A stretch of 64,000 bases of DNA, taken from assembly GCF_006345805.1 (NCBI RefSeq), contig NC_043017.1, positions 10,726,001 through 10,790,000 of the forward strand, in the 5' to 3' direction. A program made the translations under genes and the position numbers. Shown piece by piece: positions 13,223 to 25,642 of this stretch (position 1 is the first letter of the stretch; each line of letters begins with the position of its first letter). The notes beneath the pieces were generated by a model. That model had not been told where the DNA came from. It made no database searches and worked only from the letters and a program-made list of their open reading frames with translations. The DNA comes from Octopus sinensis (taxonomy: Eukaryota).

Positions 13223-13422
13223 TATCTATAAATATAATATGTGGCAGTTAGTTGGTTGTCATAATAAAACTCAGAGTTTTGAATACCGGGGCTGAGGTCT
13301 GCTCCAGCATCTCATCAGTTATTAAGACAAAGAGATACTGGAGCAGACTTCAGCCCCGGTATCCGAAACTCTGAGTTTTAATTTGACAACCAACTAATTG
13401 TCACATATTATATTTATAGATA
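13223..13422. mobile_element. Hairpin element (~90-bp arms) with a hammerhead-like motif
   Basis: 13223-13313 pairs with 13332-13422. Minus-strand CTGATGA at 13312-13318; plus-strand CCGAAACTCTGAGT in the right arm. Confidence 0.8.
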
Positions 13423-13430
13423 TATGTAGG

Positions 13431-13840
13431 TATAGGAGTGGCTGTGCGGTAAGTAGCTTGTTTACCAACCACATGGTTCCGGGTTCAGTCCCACTGCGTG
13501 GCACCTTGGGCAAGTGTCTTCTACTATAGCCTTGGGCCAACCAAAGCAGTGTGAGTAGATTTGGCAGACGGAAACTGAAAGAAGCCCATTGTATATATGT
13601 ATATATATATATATATATGGTGCGTGTAGGTTTGTGTGTCAGTGTTTGTCCTCCTAGCATTGCTTGACAACCGATGCTGGTGTGTTTATGTCCCTGTCAC
13701 TTAGCGGTTCGGCAAAAAGAGACCGACAGAATAAGTACTGGGCTTACAAAGAATAAGTCCTGGGGTCGAGTTGCTCGATTAAAGGCGGTGCTCCAGCATG
13801 GCCGCAGTCAAATGACTGAAACAAGTGAAAGAGTAAAGAG
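13431..13840 (+). mobile_element. Family B tRNA-derived SINE, intact, with internal (TA)n
   Basis: GGAGTGGCTGTGCGGTAAG (A box), GGTTCAGTCCC (B box), internal (TA)n, GACTGAAACAAGT.AAAGAG end. Confidence 0.9.
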
Positions 13841-14979
13841 AGAGAGTATGTGTATATATATATATATATGTATGTCTGCATGTATGTATGTATGTATATA
13901 TCTGTGTATGTATGTTTGTATTTATATATGTATGTATATATGCATGTATGTAGGTATATATATATGCCATTTGAACTGAGAATGTGAAGGCAAATGGAAT
14001 GCTTCTAAGCATCCTGTGCCAATGATTCTGCCAGTTCACCGCCCGAGGGGAGGGGCAAATCGATTTCATTGATCCCACTACTTGATTGGTTCTCATGTTA
14101 TCAATTCTGACAAGATGAAAAGCAAAGTTCACCTCAGCAGCATTTGAGCAAATGGTTCCTCCAGCTTGCCGCTTTCAGGGTTTCAGATTATGGTACAAGG
14201 CCCAGCAGTTTTAGGGGTTGAGTTAAGTCGATGACATCAACTCCAGTTTCAGCTGGTACCTTGTTTTATCCACCCCACGATGACCAAATGCAAAGCAGAC
14301 CTCAGCAACATTTGAACTTGGAATGTCTAGACAAATGAAATGCTCCTAAACAACTGACAGAAAACTCCAAAAACCACAGCTTTCCAGCCATTTTTTAGGA
14401 GTGTTGGTCAGATTGTGTGAAGTGGAGTTAATTTGCATTCTTTTATACCAATACTGGTCCCCGCTCACTGGAGTGTGGCCATGCATAACAACTGTCTTCA
14501 GGGGATTTTAGTCAATTCTATCGATCCCTGATATTTTGTCCACTTCTCACTTCATCAGCTTCCCACTGACAGAAAGAGAAAGTCAATTAGGCATAAAGGA
14601 ACGCAACCAGAGCAGAACAAAATACCACATGTTATTTTTTTAGTATTTTCTATTCAACGCACCAATACAAGATTATCACCATCATCATCATCACCACCAT
14701 CATTATCATCACCATCATCGTCATCATCACCAGCAGCAGCAGCATATATATATTATGCATGTATGTCTATATAAATAAATAAATATGCCTATAGATATAT
14801 TTATAGATATATATACACATGCATATATATATATATATATAGATTTTTATGTATATAAATATGTGTATGTACATATGCATATATATATGCTGTTCATACA
14901 TCTGTCTTCATTTATTGCTTTTCTGACAGACAGATAGATATGTATACATATATATGTGTGTGTGTGTATATATATAAAC

Positions 14980-15020
<41 letters not shown>

Positions 15021-15028
15021 TATAAATA

Positions 15029-15072
<44 letters not shown>

Positions 15073-15297
15073 CACACACACGTAATTGAACACCAAGAGG
15101 GAAGTGGAGATTAATTCACGTCCAAAACTTTTTCATTAAAAAGTTTTCTACAGCATATATAACAATGACCAGCATGTGCCTCTGATGCAGAAACTGCACA
15201 TTGCTCCGTAAGCAATTATGCATCACTGCAATTTTATCAAGGGTCCATCAGTTATGACATTTTCAAAGTGAACTATATTTATATACATACATACATG

Positions 15298-15340
<43 letters not shown>

Positions 15341-15363
15341 GTATATATATATTTATACACACA

Positions 15364-15571
15364 TATGAGGGAGTGCTGAAAGGTTTCTGGCTTTAAAGGT
15401 ATTGCAAAAGCTTGGCTGGAGGCTGGAGGTTCTTTTACAGGGCTTAGAAAAACTAAAGGACCACTGCAATAAGTATGTGTATCGAGATGGGAATATGTTG
15501 AATAAAATTATTATTCACTGATTCTCCTGTATTTTCTTTTACCCAAAGTCAAGAACCTTTCTGCACCCTCT

Positions 15572-15574
<3 letters not shown>
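15364..15574 (+). mobile_element. Mariner-derived MITE (internal deletion derivative)
   Basis: Degenerate TIRs TATGAGGGAGTGCTGAAAGGTTTCTGGCT and AGTCAAGAACCTTTCTGCACCCTCTTGT. The interior reads GLEKLKDHCNKY, resembling a mariner C-terminus. Confidence 0.65.
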
Positions 15575-15617
<43 letters not shown>

Positions 15618-16756
15618 TGCGTGAGTGTTTGAATGAGCATTTACACTCAGTGTATCACATGTGAAAGCACTGAGCTACAATCTGTAATGTTTTGCAAAGA
15701 TTCCTTGTCTAAAGATTCTTTCTAGTTTTCTGTCGTTCAAAGACAAGTGGAATGCAAAATGTCATTCTTGAGAAAAAAAAATAGTTAAGGTTTAGCAACA
15801 GGAAGAGCACTCTGCTACATAAGACCTTTCCTCAGTAATATATACTCAGCAAAACCCATGCTGCCTGGGAAAAATAGAAGTAAAACAAACAACTGAAAAT
15901 TCAGAGATATTGTCTGAACGCACACACACACACACGCACACACACACACACACACATACACTCACAGGCACTCACACACACAGAGACACACACATGCATG
16001 CACACACACACAGAAACACATGCACATACATACACATAGAGTGATATTTGTTCATTTGCTTTTATGTCCATTTTCCCATGCTGGCATGGGTTAGGTGAAT
16101 AGATATTATTCACGTATTGTGCATACAGCTGGATGCACTTCCTGTTGCTAACCCTTACATGTCTGGCTTGGAGCAATCCTTTGGCACACCAGTTTCTGTG
16201 AAATCTTCTAACCCATGCCCCCCCAGACAAAAATAAGGGACGATAAAGAATGATGGTGGCTTCTTTCAGTTTCTGTCTACCAAATCCACTCACAAAGATT
16301 TGGTTGGCCAAGGATTATAATGGAAGACAGTTCTTGAAAGTAATGTACTGTGGAATTGAACCTGAAGCCACTGCAACCATGTGATCGGAGGTGTACTTCT
16401 TAACCACATAACCAATATATCTGTGTGTGTGTGTGTGTGTGTGTGTGTCTGTGTGTGTATAGACTCACAATCACACACAAACATGCACACATGTTATCAT
16501 CAATCTATGTGTGTATACAAGTATACATACATACATACATACATACAAGGTAAAGGTTTTGATTTTTCATTTACTTCGAAATTTGCTATAAAATTGTGGT
16601 TTTTGGCCGTGTTGGCTGCTATTTCTAGCATGTAAAAAATACCTGTTAAAGGGTAATTTTCTATTTTGAAATGCAAATATGTTGTCTATTGACTTTTTAT
16701 ACATGCTAGGCCACTGGTGGTGATATTTATAATGAGTATTCACAACCCTATATATA

Positions 16757-16805
<49 letters not shown>

Positions 16806-17040
16806 TAATATATATACATGTGTGTGTGTGTGTATTCTTGCCATAACTTTTGTGTTGTGCCCCAGGGTGAAGCACTTAACACTGCCTGTTCAAGTTTATT
16901 GGAACAGTAAACCAGTCTCCAATCTGCCTTCACGGTCGAGTGATCAACAATAGGAAGGGCATCCAGCCGTAAAATCTGCTGCTTCAACATAACTGAGGCC
17001 ACCCAAGCAAGCGTGGAAAAAATGTCTGCCTATCTATCTG

Positions 17041-17127
<87 letters not shown>

Positions 17128-17178
17128 ATATATATATATATATATAATATATATATATATAATATATGTGTGTATGTA

Positions 17179-17211
<33 letters not shown>

Positions 17212-17293
17212 CACACACACAAATATATGTATAATATATATATATAAATATGTGTGTATGGATATATATACATACACACGTACATATATATAT

Positions 17294-17333
<40 letters not shown>

Positions 17334-17447
17334 CACACACATATATATATGTATGTGTGTATGTGTATGATGATGATGATGTATGTACATGTATATACAC
17401 ATGCACATATATTTATATATATATATACATACATATATGTGTGTGTG

Positions 17448-17478
<31 letters not shown>

Positions 17479-17962
17479 TACATACACACATACATACTTA
17501 TATACACACACACACACACATACATGCATTCAATATATATATATATATATCCTTGTGTATATCGATGTGTTGTAATTCATACAAGTATAAGATGTCTATC
17601 TTAATATTAGTACAAACTGCAAACTGCAAACATTCAATCTCCTTTAAACAGTTTCTATTCTTACACTCTTGTGTTAGTCTTACGATAGATTTAGTGTGTT
17701 TGCACACTAAAGTTCTTCGATTCAACCATTGCTTATAAATCTGCCATTACGGTCAATCCACAATGGCACTGTGGTGTACTCTGCTATTTTTCCAAATGCA
17801 GTTCTCCAATCAGCTTTAGATTCTTACTTGTTGAACTGGTACCCATAAATGTCTATATATACTCTTTACTTGGCTCTGTTGACACAATTGTCTGATGAGT
17901 AGTCAAGTGATGCTCTGAGTAACGGTTTGTGAAGTTTTTTGTGACTTTAATAAAATAGCATA

Positions 17963-18176
17963 TATCATCATCATCATCGTCGTCGTCTAACGTCTGCTTT
18001 CCATGCTGGCATGGGTTGGACGGTTTGACTGAGGACTGGGTAGCCAGAAGGCTGCACCAGGCTCCAATCTGATCTGGCAAAGTTTCTACTGCCAGATGCC
18101 CTTCCTAACAACAATGTAGTAGGTGCTTTTACGTGCCACTGGCACGAGGGCCAGTCAGGCAGTTCTGGCAACAACC
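17963..18176 (-). mobile_element. Family C repeat
   Basis: Same core and tail as 10668, on the reverse strand. Confidence 0.85.
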
Positions 18177-18551
18177 ACGCTCTCTCTCTCTCCCCTCTCT
18201 CTCTCTCTCCCTTTCTCTCTCTCTCTCTAAATATATATATGTATGTATATATATACATATATATTAGCTGTTAGACCTGGTGTTGTTATATTTTCCGTAT
18301 TTAAGTGAAAGTATCTGACATTACAATAGAGAGATGTTTTTGTTTCACTTTTAACACATAATACTGAAATAGTGGAGAAGATATGATATTGCTGTGGGCT
18401 TGCCCTAGGCAAGAAGTTAGAAATTTTTTTTGCCCATGATACTACATGGACCCTATGTAAAGCATGTGTAAAATTTGAATGAAATTGATTGTGTAGTTCT
18501 CAAGTTTTAGTGATTTACACAGACAGACAGACATACATTCTCAGTTTTATA

Positions 18552-18587
<36 letters not shown>

Positions 18588-18905
18588 CATATATACGACA
18601 GGCTTCTTTCAGTTTCCATCTACCAAATTCACTTACAAGGCTTTGGTTGGCCTGAAGCTATAGCAGAAGACACTTGTCCAAGGTGTCATACAGTGGGAGT
18701 GAACCCAGAACCATGTGGTTGGGCCTATATATATATATGGATTCAACATTATGTCAATATTATATTTCTGTCCTTGTACCTAAGTTAAGCGGTGGTGGTC
18801 GTGGGTGGTCAAGATGAATGACATATATACTAGTCATGTCCTAAGATAAGTCAGTTGGTTCTGTCTTTGTCTTTCCAATATTTGTGGCCTTGTGTCAATA
18901 TAGAA

Positions 18906-19375
18906 ACATCATCATCATCGTCATTATTAGCATCATCACCATCATCATCATCATCAATATCACGAAGATAATTTCCATCATTTTCATTATCACCATGATC
19001 ACATTATCATCATCATCATCATCAGTCATCATAATTATCCTTATTGTTGTCGTCATCAGCATCAGCATCACCACCATCCTCCCCTTCCTCTTCATCATCG
19101 TCGTCATTCTGAAGGTCATCCTCCTCCTCATCATCATCATAGTCATCATCATTGTCAAGGCCATATTCCTCATCACCATCACCATCACCATCATCATCAT
19201 CATCATAGTCATTACCATCGTCATCATCCTCATCATCATCATCATTGTCAAGGCCATATTCCTCATCACCATCACCATCATCATCATTGACATCATCATA
19301 GTCATTACCATCAAGGTCATTGTTATCATCATCATCGCCATCATCATCATCATCATTGTCATAATGTTTGTTACA
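18906..19375. repeat. Degenerate (ATC)n tract with a ~93-bp internal duplication
   Basis: CATCATTGTCAAGGCCATATTCCTCATCACC occurs twice (about 19147 and 19240). Confidence 0.9.
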
Positions 19376-19452
19376 GTTATCATTGTTATTAATTTTCTCC
19401 TCTCATCCCAATCAATAAATCTTTTTGTGCTCAGATAGTAGTGATGGTGGTT

Positions 19453-20080
19453 GTTGTGGTTGTGGCTGTGGTTGTGGTGGTAGTGTTAATAATGTTTACT
19501 AGTTGCGATAGTGGTTAGTTCTAGTGGTGGTATTGGTTATAATGATCATAGTCTTTACTGGTGGTAGTGGTGGTGGTGGTGACGGTGGATTGTGGTGGTG
19601 GCTGTGGTGGTGGTGGTGGTGGTGATGTTAGATTGTGGTGGTAGTACTGGTGGTTGTGGTTACAGTGGTGATAGTGATGATAGTATTGATAGTAATGATG
19701 GTGGTGGCAGTGGTGGTGGAGATAGTGTTGTTGATAATTATGGTGATATGGTAGTAGTGGTGGTGATGGTGGTGTTGTGAGTGGTAATTACAGTGGTGAT
19801 GGTAGTGGTGGTCCCAGTGCTGATGCTAGTATTGTTGTTGTTGTTGCTGTTGGTGGGGGGGATACAATGTTGGCAGTCATGACAGTTGCGACGGTGGTGG
19901 TTGCAGTGTTGGTGATAGCGGCAGTGGTAGTTGTGGTTGTGGTTGTGGTGTCAATGGTTGTGATTCAGTTGTGGTAGCCATGGTGGTGGTGGTGGTGGTG
20001 GAGGCAGGAAGATAACGAATGTCATTCGTTAACAGTCAGATTGATTTTGAAAAATAATTAAAATATTTTTAGCTGTGATC

Positions 20081-20114
<34 letters not shown>

Positions 20115-20932
20115 GCAGCAACAAGATATTTTAGTATGACTGAAGGACATTGGTTAATCATATTCAGAAAAGGTGGGGGTGGGGGAGGCGGAGGATGAAG
20201 GGGGGGTAGTGGTGGTGGTGGTGGTGGTGGGTGGGTGGGTTTATGGGGAAAGAGATAATTTGAAAAAGGGTCGGTGATGGGGTGGAGTGAGTGGTGGTGG
20301 TGGTGGTGGTGATGGTTGGGGGGTGAATGTTAAGACTTCAGTGCACAGTCTGGATTTCTGCTATTGATCATATTATCAGCATTATTTCTTGTAACACCAC
20401 TACCACCGCCACCACCACCACCACCACCACCACCACCACCACTGTAATTACCACTCACAACACCACCATCACCACCACTACTACCATATCACCATAATTA
20501 TCAACAACACTATCTCCACCACCACCACCACTGCCACCACCATCATTACTATCAATACTATCATCACTATCACCACTGTAACCACAACCACCAGTACTAC
20601 CACCACAATCTAACATCACCACCACCACCACAGCCACCACCACAATCCACCGTCACCACCACCACCAGCACCACCACCAGTAAAGGCTATGATCATTATA
20701 ACCAATACCACCACTAGAACTAACCACTATCGCAACTAGTAAACATTATTAACACTACCACCACAACCACAACCACAACTACCACTGCCGCTATCACCAA
20801 CACTGCAACCACCACCGTCGCAACTGTCATGACTGCCAACATTGTAATCCCCCCCACCAACAGCAACAACAACAACAACAACAATACTAGCATCAGCACT
20901 GGGACCACCACCACCACCACTACCATCACCAC
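19453..20932. repeat. Inverted, circularly permuted duplication of a ~490-bp GGT-rich unit
   Basis: 19453-19950 reads A then B; the reverse complement of 20439-20932 reads B then A. The copies are near-identical. Confidence 0.9.
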
Positions 20933-21810
20933 CTCTACCCAAGATTTTAATAGAATGTTACAACAGGATCTGAGAAATATGCTATGGAATGAGGAAGGAT
21001 GTGGACATGCAAAGGTATAGTGTTTACAAGATGTAGCAGCAGCAGTAGTAGTAGTAGTAGTGTTGGTAGTAGTAGTAGTAGTAGTGGTGGTGGTGGTGGT
21101 GGTGTTGGTAGTAGTAGTGGTGGTGGTGGTGGTGTTGGTAGTAGTAGTAGTAGTAGTAGTAGTAGCAGCAGCAGCAGTAGTTTTGCCCCACTCACCATCA
21201 CCATCTCCCACTTACACCACACTAGGTCAACTCTGATCAATCAAACAATCCTGTAATCAAAGGTGTTCCAGACATGACCATTCCATCTTTGTGTTTTTTA
21301 TGTTTTGTATTTCAAGCACAGTGTATATGAGAGCCACACAGCACAATCTCAGATGTCCTTCCTTTTGTATGACAAAATTCTGTGGTCTGAGAGGTTTCTC
21401 AGCTGCTATTTCTAGCAAGTTAAGTAAGCACACAAAAGTTCTCTCAGTTTGAACTTTTCGGGTTGGAATAGATTAGGAATTAAGCATTTTTAATTAAGCA
21501 ATTTCAAGAAGACAGAGTTACTATTGGCCCTAGTAGAGCACTGGTATAGGTTCTTTATTCTATCAACATTGGAAGGGCCAAAAGCACACCTGGCCTCTGT
21601 GGGATTTGAAACCAGAACAAACAGCTCTAGGCATATTTTGACTTAACTGGTACTTATTTTATCGACCCCAAAAGGATGAAAGGCAAAAATCAACCCTGGC
21701 AGAATTTGAACTCAGAATGTAAAGACAGACAAAATACTCCTAAGTATTTCGTTCAGCATGCTACCAATTCTGCCAGCTCACCTCCTTAATAATGATGATG
21801 ATGATGATGA

Positions 21811-22244
21811 TGGCAGAAACGTTAGCACGCCGGGCAAAATGCGTAGCTGTATTTCGTCTGCCGTTACGTTCCGAGTTCAAATTCCGCCGAGGTCGACTTT
21901 GCCTTTCATCCTTTCGGGGTCGATTAAATAAGTACCAGTTACGCACTGGGGTCGATATAATCGACTTAATCCGTTTGTCTGTCCTTGTTTGTCCTCTCTG
22001 TGTTTAGCCCCTTGTGGGTAGTAAAGAAATAGTTGATAATAATTATAATAATAATAATAACAGTAACAATAACAATAATAACAACAACACACTTGTTTAA
22101 TTTTGATTTCTTTTTAATTTTGATTTCTTTCATCCTTTCGGGGTCAATTAAATAAGTACCAGTTACGCACTGGGGTCGATATAATCGACTTAATTCGTTT
22201 GTCTGTCCTCTCTGTGTTTAGCCCTTTGTGGGTAGTAAAGAAAT
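21811..22244 (+). mobile_element. Family A SINE plus a local tandem duplication of its 3' half and flank
   Basis: SINE at 21811-22031, partial copy at 22128-22244. The flank ATAACAACAACACACTTGTTTAATTTTGATTTC is repeated at ~22080 and ~22290. Confidence 0.85.
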
Positions 22245-22324
22245 AGATGATGATAATTATAATAATAATAATAATAATAACAATAACAATAATAACAACA
22301 ACACACTTGTTTAATTTTGATTTC

Positions 22325-22347
22325 TTTTTTTTGTTTGTCTTTTTCAG
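22325..22347 (+). promoter_or_regulatory. Candidate splice acceptor preceding the GPCR coding exon
   Basis: T-rich tract ending TTTTCAG, 143 bp upstream of the ATG. No transcript evidence. Confidence 0.55.
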
Positions 22348-22489
22348 ATTCTTCATGATAATTCTGTGACATTCGTCAAGAATTTCTTCTGGATATTTCC
22401 TAAATGAACCGATACTATGTTAGCTAATCACTACCAGAACTAACGAACCAATTTGAAAAGCTCATCTTTTCCTTCAGCACGCCAGAACC

Positions 22490-23755
22490 ATGTTGTCTTC
22501 GGACTCATCAAACATCAGCAAAGCATTGAGTTGGAATGAGACTGACCTGGATACCAGATACACGGAGGGCGGCATCGTTTATGCCATTGCATTTGTCGGT
22601 ATTTTAGGCAATGTTGCAGTCTTGTTGGCGGTGATGATGTTTAAGAAGCTGCGCCATGCTGCAACTGCTTTTCTGTCGCATCATTGCCTCCTCGACCTTA
22701 TTAAATCGGCTTTTTGCATCACACTCGGCTACAGTCTTCAGCATCGTCAGGAGATTCCTCACTGCAATTGGTTCGGCACAGTTTACATCATACTGATGAC
22801 AGCATCGGCTTACAACTTGTTTGCAATCGTAGTTAACGAAGAATACCACATGATCTACTACAGACAGAACTACAATAATTATCTCTGTATCAGTTTCGGG
22901 TTGTTTATGATCTGGTTTGCTAGCATTCTCATTCATCTCGGCGTCGGCTTTTTACCGAGCCGACTGCATTACAACAAAGACATAGGATTCTGTTCATTTA
23001 AACAAGGAATTCCAAGCAGTGTTGTGACCCACGTCTGTTGGCTGATCTTGATAACCTTTGCAATAACCCTGACACTAGTCGGTCTATGGTTCCTCCATCA
23101 GAAAGTACAGTACCATGCATATACACCGCAGAATGTTTTCGGTGAAGATTTCCTTGCGCACGATGAGAAGGATATTTTATGGGAGATAGAGACAGACGAA
23201 TTGCATTCAGATGTCCAACCGTTTTTTATCGACAACCATCGGAGAAGAGTTTTCATGTTAATAGGGATGACTGCCACTTACCTTTTGTGCTGGCTGCCCT
23301 TATTTGCGATCACGATTTTCGATGTGAATTTCATATTAAAGCCCCAGCTCTATAAAATCTTGACAATCGTGGCCTGGAGCCAACCGATAACCACCCCGGT
23401 GTTTGCCAGCGTCTATCTTTGGGACATTGCCGACAAATTCAACTTGGAGAAAGATCTCCAGAACAAAATAGCTCAGATAAACCACAAAGATATGGAAGCT
23501 TCCCAGGTGGAAACCACATACAACACAGCCTCCACAGCATTACTCAGACAACCAGTTTCCTTCCAGAATCGGCTGCTGAACACTCCGACAAGCTTGGCGT
23601 CATCAGAATGTGGTGAGGTCAGCAGTATGAGAAGGCACATGGATTATATGGAATCAATGGGACACTCGGGTATAACTAACGAAGGGGCTTTGAGTTTGAG
23701 CAGCTTGCCTCGCGGCCATGGCAGTCTGTGGATGAGACAAGACGCGTCTCTTTAA
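22490..23755 (+). CDS. Single-exon rhodopsin-like (class A) GPCR, 421 aa, resembling the SREB (GPR27/85/173) orphan family
   Basis: Uninterrupted ORF with 7 hydrophobic segments, N-terminal NIS/NET sequons, GN in TM1, D in TM2 (FLSHHCLLDLIKSAFC, similar to GPR85 FLLDLCCSDILRSAIC as I recall it), TM3 Cys plus ECL2 Cys, W in TM4 and CWLP in TM6. Polypyrimidine tract and AG at 22346-22347 upstream; AATAAA at 23913. Confidence 0.92.
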   Translation: MLSSDSSNISKALSWNETDLDTRYTEGGIVYAIAFVGILGNVAVLLAVMMFKKLRHAATAFLSHHCLLDLIKSAFCITLGYSLQHRQEIPHCNWFGTVYIILMTASAYNLFAIVVNEEYHMIYYRQNYNNYLCISFGLFMIWFASILIHLGVGFLPSRLHYNKDIGFCSFKQGIPSSVVTHVCWLILITFAITLTLVGLWFLHQKVQYHAYTPQNVFGEDFLAHDEKDILWEIETDELHSDVQPFFIDNHRRRVFMLIGMTATYLLCWLPLFAITIFDVNFILKPQLYKILTIVAWSQPITTPVFASVYLWDIADKFNLEKDLQNKIAQINHKDMEASQVETTYNTASTALLRQPVSFQNRLLNTPTSLASSECGEVSSMRRHMDYMESMGHSGITNEGALSLSSLPRGHGSLWMRQDASL

Positions 23756-24178
23756 AAAAAAAGACAAAAACCGAAATTTTTTATTGGTTGATTGGTCAAA
23801 GTCACATGACCATGAATTATGTCTGACACCAAGATTTTCAGAAAGACCAAAAGAAAAAAAAATACAACAAAATAATTTGAAAGCAAAATAATTCTAAAAT
23901 ATCTAAATTATAAATAAACACTTGCAGTGCATTCCATTTTCCCACTTGAACCAAAGAATCAGTTTAGAGTTTGTATGATTCACATACTTTCAGTATTCTT
24001 GCTCTTAGATTCGGTAAAACCAAACATGAAGAACATTTCCTCCATAATTAGATTGGTCAGTTTTTATTTCTTTTCATAGGCATTCACTCAATCCTTTTTT
24101 TTTTGATATTTTAATTGTTGATGAAAATTGTTAATTCTCTTATCTTGTTTTTTTTTTATATATATATATATAGATCTG

Positions 24179-24222
<44 letters not shown>

Positions 24223-24559
24223 TTGTTAATAAATTTGCATAAAACATCCGTGTTTCAGTTTTTAATTTTCTCACAGATGGCGTTTTCGAATTTTGACACA
24301 AGGCCAGCAATTTTGGAGGGAAACGGTAAATCACTTGCATCAACCTCAGTGCTCAACTCATGGGTTAAAGACCATATAAAGGTTCTGTTATTGGTTTCTG
24401 AGAATGTGTGTGTGTGTGTGTTTATGTGTTTATGTGTGTGTACAAGGAGTTTGAGCTAAATTTGACTGATTGCTTAAAAGTAAAAGAAAACGATATTCTC
24501 TAAAAAAAAATGTATTTTGAAAACTCCAAAAATATCAACTAGATTATGGCTGGAAATAG

Positions 24560-24895
24560 TATTTTATTTAAAGTAGTCACCCATAGCTTCCAACACAGTT
24601 TCAAGAACTTGTTGCAAGTATTCCTCACTGTGTCCCTGTGAAGATCTTTGAATACCTCTTTGATCTTGGCCTCCAGCTTGGTCTTAGTGTTGCAAGCAGA
24701 GTAGTTGGTGTCTTTTTCCTCTGCATCTCACACATAGAAATCCATGGGATTTCAATCAGGGGGAATTGGAGCAGAGGAAGTTGTAGAAATTCTATGACAA
24801 TTACGTCTGACTCTTTCTGGGATGGCAAGGAACCAAATGCTGCTGCCGTACATATGACCTTCCAGCAACATGCTCTCCAACGCCATTGACTGTTC
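24560..24895 (-). mobile_element. Tc1/mariner (maT-like) transposase 3' relic
   Basis: Minus strand reads ...PIPPD*NPMDFYV*DAEEKDTNYSACNTKTKLEAKIKEVF, a decayed PSSPDLNPLD-type motif. Confidence 0.7.
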
Positions 24896-25414
24896 ACCAA
24901 TTATCAAGCTGTTCTTGAAAAAAAAGGAGAAATAAAAAACATCATCCAATTTAACCCAGACACTTGTGTGTGTGTGTGTGTGTGCATGTATGTGTGTGTG
25001 CATGCATGTGTGTGTGCTTGCATGTGTCTGTGTATATGTATGTGTGTATATGTATGTGTGTGCATGCATGTGTATATGTATGTGTGCATGCATGTGTATA
25101 TGTATGTGTGTGTATGTATGTATGTGTGTGTGCATGAATGTGTATATGTATGTGTGTATGCATGTGTATGTGTGTGTGTGTGTGTGTGCATGCATGTGTG
25201 TGTGTATGTGTGCATGCATGTGTATATGTGTGCGTGTGTGTACATTTCTCCCAAAACTGCTGAACTCCAACCAATGGCATTGTCATTTTCACTGGCTTTG
25301 TGTCTTGGAAGAAGAATGTGGAATAAAAAACAGGTAAGGGTTAGCAACAGGAAGAGCATCCAGCTGTAAAACAATGTCAGGCATATCTTCAACTAATCTA
25401 TATTAATCCATGGT

Positions 25415-25642
25415 GGCGAGCTGGCAGAAACGTTAGCGCGCAGGGCGAAATGCTTAGTGGTATTTCGTCTGTCGTTACGTTCTGAGTTCGAATTCCGCCG
25501 AGGTTGACTTTGCCTTTCATCCTTTCGGGGTCGATAAATAAAGTACCAGTTTGGCACTGGGGTCGATGTAATCGACCTAATCCCTTTGTCTGTCCTTGTT
25601 TGTCCCCTCTATGTTTAGCCCCTTGTGGGTAGTAAAGAAATA
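25415..25642 (+). mobile_element. Family A SINE with a 16-bp TSD
   Basis: TATATTAATCCATGGT at 25399-25414 and 25643-25658. Confidence 0.95.

Noticed and set aside
18884-19438. 184-aa Ile-rich and 162-aa Met-rich ORFs (also 12158-12703, 11363-11893, 24752-25392, 49083-49736 and many Y/I/C/V/H/T-rich ORFs)
   Set aside because: Translations of (ATC)n, (TA)n, (TG)n or (TGTA)n microsatellites; stop-free by composition, with no domain signal.
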